Positions 59,535 through 64,000 of a stretch of 64,000 bases of DNA are shown piece by piece. The stretch's first letter is position 1, and every line of letters starts with the position of its first letter. A program made the position numbers and the translations under genes. A model generated the notes under the pieces. It was given only the letters and a program-made list of their open reading frames with translations. It did not search any database and was not told the DNA's origin. The stretch is from positions 96,747-160,746 of the forward strand of contig CAVXTP010000012.1 of the NCBI GenBank assembly GCA_963764715.1. Reading direction: 5' to 3'. This DNA comes from an uncultured Acidobacteriota bacterium (lineage in GTDB: Bacteria; Acidobacteriota; Thermoanaerobaculia; UBA5066; Gp7-AA6).

Positions 59535-60146
59535 ATGCTCGCGGCCATCCTGGCCCTGACCCTGGCCGCGGCGCCCGAGAGCCCGGCCGAGGCCATGGCC
59601 CTGCTCGCGAAAGCCGCCGCGGCCTACGGCGACGGCTCCGCGCACGCCGCGGCCTTCACGCAGATCTACACGCCGGCCGGCTTCGCGACCTCCCGGCGCG
59701 AGTCGGGCGAGGTCTGGATCCAGGCCCCGCAGCGCCTTCGGTTCGACTACGCCGCACCCGACAAGAAGACCTACACCTACGACGCCGGCGAGGGCCGCTT
59801 CTTCTCCCCCGAGGACAAGCAGCTCACGATCCGCAAGCTCACGCCGGACGAGCAGGCGCGCCTGCCCCTCGTGTTCCTCGGCAAGCCCGAGGACCTCGCG
59901 ACGCGCTACGACATCCAGAAGGACGCCTCCGGCGCCGTTCTCCTGAAGCCCCGGTCCGCGGACTCCGACCTCGCCTGGTTGAAGCTCGTCGTCGCCGCCG
60001 GCGGCATGGTCGAGAACCTCTCCTACGAGGACACGGCCGGCAACCGCAGCGAATTTCGCTTCGAGGGCTGGAAGCCGTCGAGCCCGCGCCCGGCGGCCGA
60101 CTACCGCATCACCGGCCCCAAGGGCACCCGGATCGTCGAGAACTGA
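59535..60146 (+). CDS. lolA: Outer-membrane lipoprotein carrier LolA
   Basis: Signal peptide, FTQ, SGEVWIQAPQRLRFDY..P. Confidence 0.75.
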   Translation: MLAAILALTLAAAPESPAEAMALLAKAAAAYGDGSAHAAAFTQIYTPAGFATSRRESGEVWIQAPQRLRFDYAAPDKKTYTYDAGEGRFFSPEDKQLTIRKLTPDEQARLPLVFLGKPEDLATRYDIQKDASGAVLLKPRSADSDLAWLKLVVAAGGMVENLSYEDTAGNRSEFRFEGWKPSSPRPAADYRITGPKGTRIVEN

Positions 60147-60177
60147 CGGGGGGCCCGGCCTCTCATAGAATGGCCCC

Positions 60178-60675
60178 ATGGCTCAGGAGTTCTCGTTCGA
60201 CGTGGTCAGCAAGGTCGACCTGCAGGAGGTCTCGAACGCCGTCCAGCAGGCGTCCAAGGAGATCTCCACGCGCTTCGACTTCCGGGGCTCGAAATCGAAG
60301 ATCGAGTGGAACGAGAAGGACCTCGCTCTGACCCTGACCTCCGACGACGACCACAAGCTCAAGTCCGTGGTCGACATCCTCGAGACGCGCCTCGTCAAGC
60401 GGGGCATCGCCGTCAAGTCGCTCGACTACCAGAAGATCGAGCCCGCGGCGATGGGGACGGTGCGCCAGGTCGCGAAGATCCAGCAGGGCATCGCGTCGGA
60501 GAAGGCCAAGGAGATCGTCAAGGCGATCAAGGACCAGAAGCTCAAGGTCCAGGCGTCGATCCAGGCCGACCAGGTGCGCGTCGTCGGCAAGGCCAAGGAC
60601 GAGCTCCAGGCCGTGCAGGCGCTGCTGCGGGGCCGCGACTTCGGCGTTCCGCTGCAGTTCACGAACTACCGATGA
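60178..60675 (+). CDS. yajQ: YajQ nucleotide-binding protein
   Basis: [27 protein letters not shown]. Confidence 0.96.
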   Translation: MAQEFSFDVVSKVDLQEVSNAVQQASKEISTRFDFRGSKSKIEWNEKDLALTLTSDDDHKLKSVVDILETRLVKRGIAVKSLDYQKIEPAAMGTVRQVAKIQQGIASEKAKEIVKAIKDQKLKVQASIQADQVRVVGKAKDELQAVQALLRGRDFGVPLQFTNYR

Positions 60676-60688
60676 GGCACGCGAGACG

Positions 60689-61693
60689 ATGAGCCCGTCG
60701 CCGATCGAAAACCTGCGCCTCAAGCGCGCCTACGACCTGATCAGCGACAAGCTCGCCCGGGTCGAAGAGGAGCTCCTCATCCACTTCCGCTCGCCGATCC
60801 CGACGATCGACCGGATCGGCACCTACCTCGCCCAGGGCGGCGGCAAGCGCATCCGGCCGGCCCTGATGCTCCTGTCGGCGCGGCTCCTCGACTACCGCGA
60901 GGGCGACAAGGACGTCCACTACGCCGCCGTGATCGAGTTCATCCACACGGCGACTCTGGTGCACGACGACATCATCGACGAGGCGCGGCTGCGCCGGGGC
61001 CGGACCTCCGCCAACGCCCGGTGGGGCAACAACCTGACGGTCCTCTTCGGCGACTACCTCTACACGATGTCCATGGGAATCGCGCTCGACGAGGGGGACC
61101 TGACGATCCTCAAGGTCCTCTCGGACACGACCCTTTCGATGATCGAGGGCGAGATCCTCGGAATCGAGAAGGAAGGCTCCATCCACGTCTCGCGCGAAGA
61201 GGCGCTCGAGATCACGCGCCGCAAGACGGCGGACCTGTTCTCGGCGGCCTGCCGCCTGCCCGCCCACTTCGCCCCGCGCGGCGACCTCGTGGCGGCCGAG
61301 CGGCTGGCCGAGTACGGACGCTGCCTCGGAATGGCGTTCCAGCTCATCGACGACCTGCTCGACTACACCGGCAGCGTCGAGGAGGTCGGCAAGCCCGTCC
61401 TGAACGATCTCCGCGAGGGAAAGCTGACGATGCCGCTGCTCCTCGCTCTGCCGAAGGCCTCCGCGGCCGAGCGCGACAAGGTGGCCGCGGTCCTGCGCGA
61501 GCGCGACTTCAAGAGCGTCGAGCCGTCGGAGATCCTTTCGATCGTGGACCGCTACGACGGCATCCCGGAGACGCGGGCGCTGGCGCGCGATTACGCCGGC
61601 GCGGCCCGCGTCGCGCTCGGCGCCTTCGCCGATTCCGACGCGAAGGAAGGGCTGCTCCTCGCGACGGAATCGGTCATCGACCGCATCCGCTGA
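60689..61693 (+). CDS. Polyprenyl diphosphate synthase (IspB-like)
   Basis: GGKRIRP, HDDIID..RRG, FQLIDDLLD. Confidence 0.93.
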   Translation: MSPSPIENLRLKRAYDLISDKLARVEEELLIHFRSPIPTIDRIGTYLAQGGGKRIRPALMLLSARLLDYREGDKDVHYAAVIEFIHTATLVHDDIIDEARLRRGRTSANARWGNNLTVLFGDYLYTMSMGIALDEGDLTILKVLSDTTLSMIEGEILGIEKEGSIHVSREEALEITRRKTADLFSAACRLPAHFAPRGDLVAAERLAEYGRCLGMAFQLIDDLLDYTGSVEEVGKPVLNDLREGKLTMPLLLALPKASAAERDKVAAVLRERDFKSVEPSEILSIVDRYDGIPETRALARDYAGAARVALGAFADSDAKEGLLLATESVIDRIR

Positions 61694-61838
61694 GCCGGGA
61701 CGCCCGGAAACGGCGGGACAGGGCCCGGCTAATTTAATTAGCATTTCTAACCAATTTTCCTTAATTCATTAGGTACCCGACTGCGACCGGATCGCCCATA
61801 CAAAAAAAGGATTTCGAGTCCTTCCATCTAAATTTTTA

Positions 61839-61866
61839 TTGAGATCTGGCGAAAGAGTCGTACACT
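61839..61866 (+). promoter_or_regulatory. Sigma70-like promoter within an AT-rich tract
   Basis: TTGAGA-N16-TACACT just upstream of the ATG at 61875. Confidence 0.5.
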
Positions 61867-61874
61867 CTCTCCAG

Positions 61875-62252
61875 ATGGCATCCAACGGCAACACTTGGTC
61901 CACGCTCGCCTCGACCCTCCGGAACCTCTCTCAACTCCTTCCAGGACAGTCAGATCCGACCGGAGAGGCCGATCTCTACTACCGCCGGGCCTGCCTCGCG
62001 GCGGCCGAGGAGCGCTACGACGTGGCCCTGGTTTTCTGCACCAAGGCGGTCGAGGTCGCGCCCCGCCACCTCGCCTCGCGCCTCCTGCTCGCGAAAATCT
62101 ACGACCGCGGCCTCGGCAACCTCGAGGCGGCCGTCGCCGCCTACCGCAAGGTCATCGCGCTCGCCGGCTACGACGGCGAGAACGCCCAGTGCGTCGCGGC
62201 TCGCGAGGCGCTCGACCAGCTCGTCCACAAGGCCGAGCTCGCCAGCGTCTAG
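61875..62252 (+). CDS. Small TPR protein
   Basis: TPR helices (KAVEVAP, LLAKIY, AVAAYRKVIAL). Confidence 0.8.
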   Translation: MASNGNTWSTLASTLRNLSQLLPGQSDPTGEADLYYRRACLAAAEERYDVALVFCTKAVEVAPRHLASRLLLAKIYDRGLGNLEAAVAAYRKVIALAGYDGENAQCVAAREALDQLVHKAELASV

Positions 62253-62255
62253 CGC

Positions 62256-62885
62256 TCAGCGCTCGCCGCCCCGCTTTCCTTCGATCTCGTCCGGCCTCGG
62301 CATCCGCGGAAATCCCCACGGGTACTGGGGCGGGGGCCCCCACACCACGGGACGGTAGCGCCCGGGCCCCGTGATCGCGTCCCTCGACGTGTCGACCCGC
62401 CACGCGCCGTCGGTCACGAGCGCGTCGCGTCCGAAGCCCTGAATGTCGACCGACATCAGGATCCCGCCGAGGCCCGTCGGACTCGCGGCCTCGATCGTCA
62501 CGCGGTTCTCTCCCGCCTGCAGGAACGACGCGATCTCGTAGAGCGCGAGCGCGTCGCCGGGCCGCTGCTGCCCCGCCGCGCCGGCCCGCTCGCCGTTGAC
62601 CCAGAGAACGTGCTCGTCGTCCACGAAGAGCTTGGCCAGGGCGCGGTCCGGCTTCTCGGGCAGCTCGAAGGCGCGGGTCGCGAAGAAGCGGATCGGCGCC
62701 GGTTGCGTCATCCGGTTCGTGTACCAGATCCACTCCGCGCGGCCCGTCGCCCCGTGCATCCGGTCCGCGTGCGCCCGCACGAGGGCCCGGGCCGCCGCGG
62801 CGCCGACGACGGCAACCGCCAGGACGTAGAGCCACGCGACTCCGGGACGCGCGAGACGCGAGGCGGGAAGCGTTTCTTGACGCAA
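62256..62885 (-). CDS. Membrane-anchored hypothetical protein resembling the alpha-L-rhamnosidase N-terminal beta-sandwich
   Basis: AEWIW, VDDEHVLWVNG, L..GEN, VTDGAWR; start uncertain. Confidence 0.65.
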   Translation of the reverse strand: MRQETLPASRLARPGVAWLYVLAVAVVGAAAARALVRAHADRMHGATGRAEWIWYTNRMTQPAPIRFFATRAFELPEKPDRALAKLFVDDEHVLWVNGERAGAAGQQRPGDALALYEIASFLQAGENRVTIEAASPTGLGGILMSVDIQGFGRDALVTDGAWRVDTSRDAITGPGRYRPVVWGPPPQYPWGFPRMPRPDEIEGKRGGER

Positions 62886-62923
62886 GAGCGATCGCGAGGA
62901 TACTATTGAGTCCCGATGATCGC

Positions 62924-63691
62924 ATGTTCGTCATCGGAGTGATTCCCGCGCGTTTCGCCTCCGTCCGCTTCCCCGGCAAACCCCTCGCTCCCCTCGCAGG
63001 CCGCCCCATGGTTCTGCACGTGTGGGACGCGGCGCGGGCGGCGAAGCGGCTGGGCCGGGTCGTCGTCGCCACCGACGACGTCCGCATCGCCTCCTGCGTC
63101 CGCGAGGCCGGCGGCGAGGCCGTCATGACGTCTCCCGCCGCGGCGAGCGGCACCGACCGCGTGGCCGAGGTCGCCCGGGCGATGCCGGCGGACGCCTACG
63201 TCAACCTCCAGGGCGACGAGCCGCTCATGCCGGCCGAGAACGTGGACCGGGCCGTGGACGCGCTCTTCGCGGAGACCGGCCGCTCCCTCGCGACGCTCGC
63301 GATCGCCGCCCCCCCCGAGGCCGCCGCCGACCCCGACTGCGTCAAGGTCGCCGTGGCGCGCGACGGCCGGGCGCTCTACTTCTCACGCTCGCCGATTCCG
63401 TACTTCCGCAACGGCGAGCCGTCGTATCGAAAGCACCTCGGGATTTACGCGTACCGGGCCTCGACGCTCGCGGAGGTGGCGGCGCTGCCGCCCTCCCCGC
63501 TCGAACGCGCCGAGTCGCTCGAGCAGCTTCGATGGCTGGAGGCGGGTTATACGATCTGGGTGGGCGAGGCGGCGGGGGACTCGATCGGCGTCGATACGCC
63601 GGCCGACCTCGCTCGTGCCGAAAGCCGTCTCAAGGAAGTCGAGCGGCGTCTCAATCGAGTCGAGGGTCTGAAAGAGGAGGCGGTGTCATGA
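62924..63691 (+). CDS. kdsB: CMP-KDO synthetase
   Basis: [36 protein letters not shown]. Confidence 0.96.
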   Translation: MFVIGVIPARFASVRFPGKPLAPLAGRPMVLHVWDAARAAKRLGRVVVATDDVRIASCVREAGGEAVMTSPAAASGTDRVAEVARAMPADAYVNLQGDEPLMPAENVDRAVDALFAETGRSLATLAIAAPPEAAADPDCVKVAVARDGRALYFSRSPIPYFRNGEPSYRKHLGIYAYRASTLAEVAALPPSPLERAESLEQLRWLEAGYTIWVGEAAGDSIGVDTPADLARAESRLKEVERRLNRVEGLKEEAVS

Positions 63692-64000
63692 GCACGAAGT
63701 ACGTTTTCATCACGGGCGGGGTGGTCTCCTCTCTCGGCAAGGGCATCGCGGCGTCCTCGATCGGGGCCCTCCTCGAGGCCCGGGGGTTCTCCGTCGCGAT
63801 GGCCAAGTTCGACCCGTACATCAACGTCGACCCGGGGACGATGTCGCCGTTCCAGCACGGCGAGGTCTACGTCACCGACGACGGTGCCGAGACGGACCTC
63901 GACCTCGGCCACTACGAGCGGTTCACCTCGATGACGGGCTCGAAGATCAACAACACCACGGCGGGCCGGATCTACGCGACGGTGATCGAGCGCGAGCGCC
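63688..64000 (+). CDS. pyrG: CTP synthase, 3'-truncated at the window edge
   Basis: [35 protein letters not shown]. Confidence 0.97.
   Translation, partial: MSTKYVFITGGVVSSLGKGIAASSIGALLEARGFSVAMAKFDPYINVDPGTMSPFQHGEVYVTDDGAETDLDLGHYERFTSMTGSKINNTTAGRIYATVIERER

Overview
High-GC bacterial DNA whose gene content (PadR plus duplicated orphan permease, Cys-bridged SLH proteins, kdsB) points to an Acidobacterium, probably Thermoanaerobaculia-like; this is inferred from gene content. A minus-strand tRNA-Gly(GCC) at 26566-26640 divides the window. To its right is mostly core genome: etfBA with a frameshifted FadF-like Fe-S oxidoreductase, the yceD-rpmF-plsX-fabH-fabD-fabG-acpP-fabF cluster, three GT4 glycosyltransferases plus wcaJ, moxR-DUF58-transglutaminase, manC, murB, pgpA, recA, purH, lolA, yajQ, a polyprenyl synthase, kdsB and the start of pyrG. 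To its left is accessory DNA. A degenerate copy of the tRNA 3' half at about 13432-13466 brackets a ~13 kb decayed island. The island holds the best candidate for an undescribed system: a fused two-subunit 2-oxoacid:ferredoxin oxidoreductase operon transcribed divergently from a sigma54 operon. That operon encodes two GcvH-fold proteins lacking the lipoyl lysine, a HybA/NrfC-like Fe-S protein, an NrfD/HybB membrane subunit fused to a triheme cytochrome, a heme-motif sensor kinase, a sigma54 activator and an archaemetzincin, with no catalytic hydrogenase or molybdoenzyme subunit. Three intergenic repeat families, a CTG-start DUF4160 gene missed by the ORF track, and several probable sequencing indels are also noted. 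All assignments come from motif reading, not database searches.
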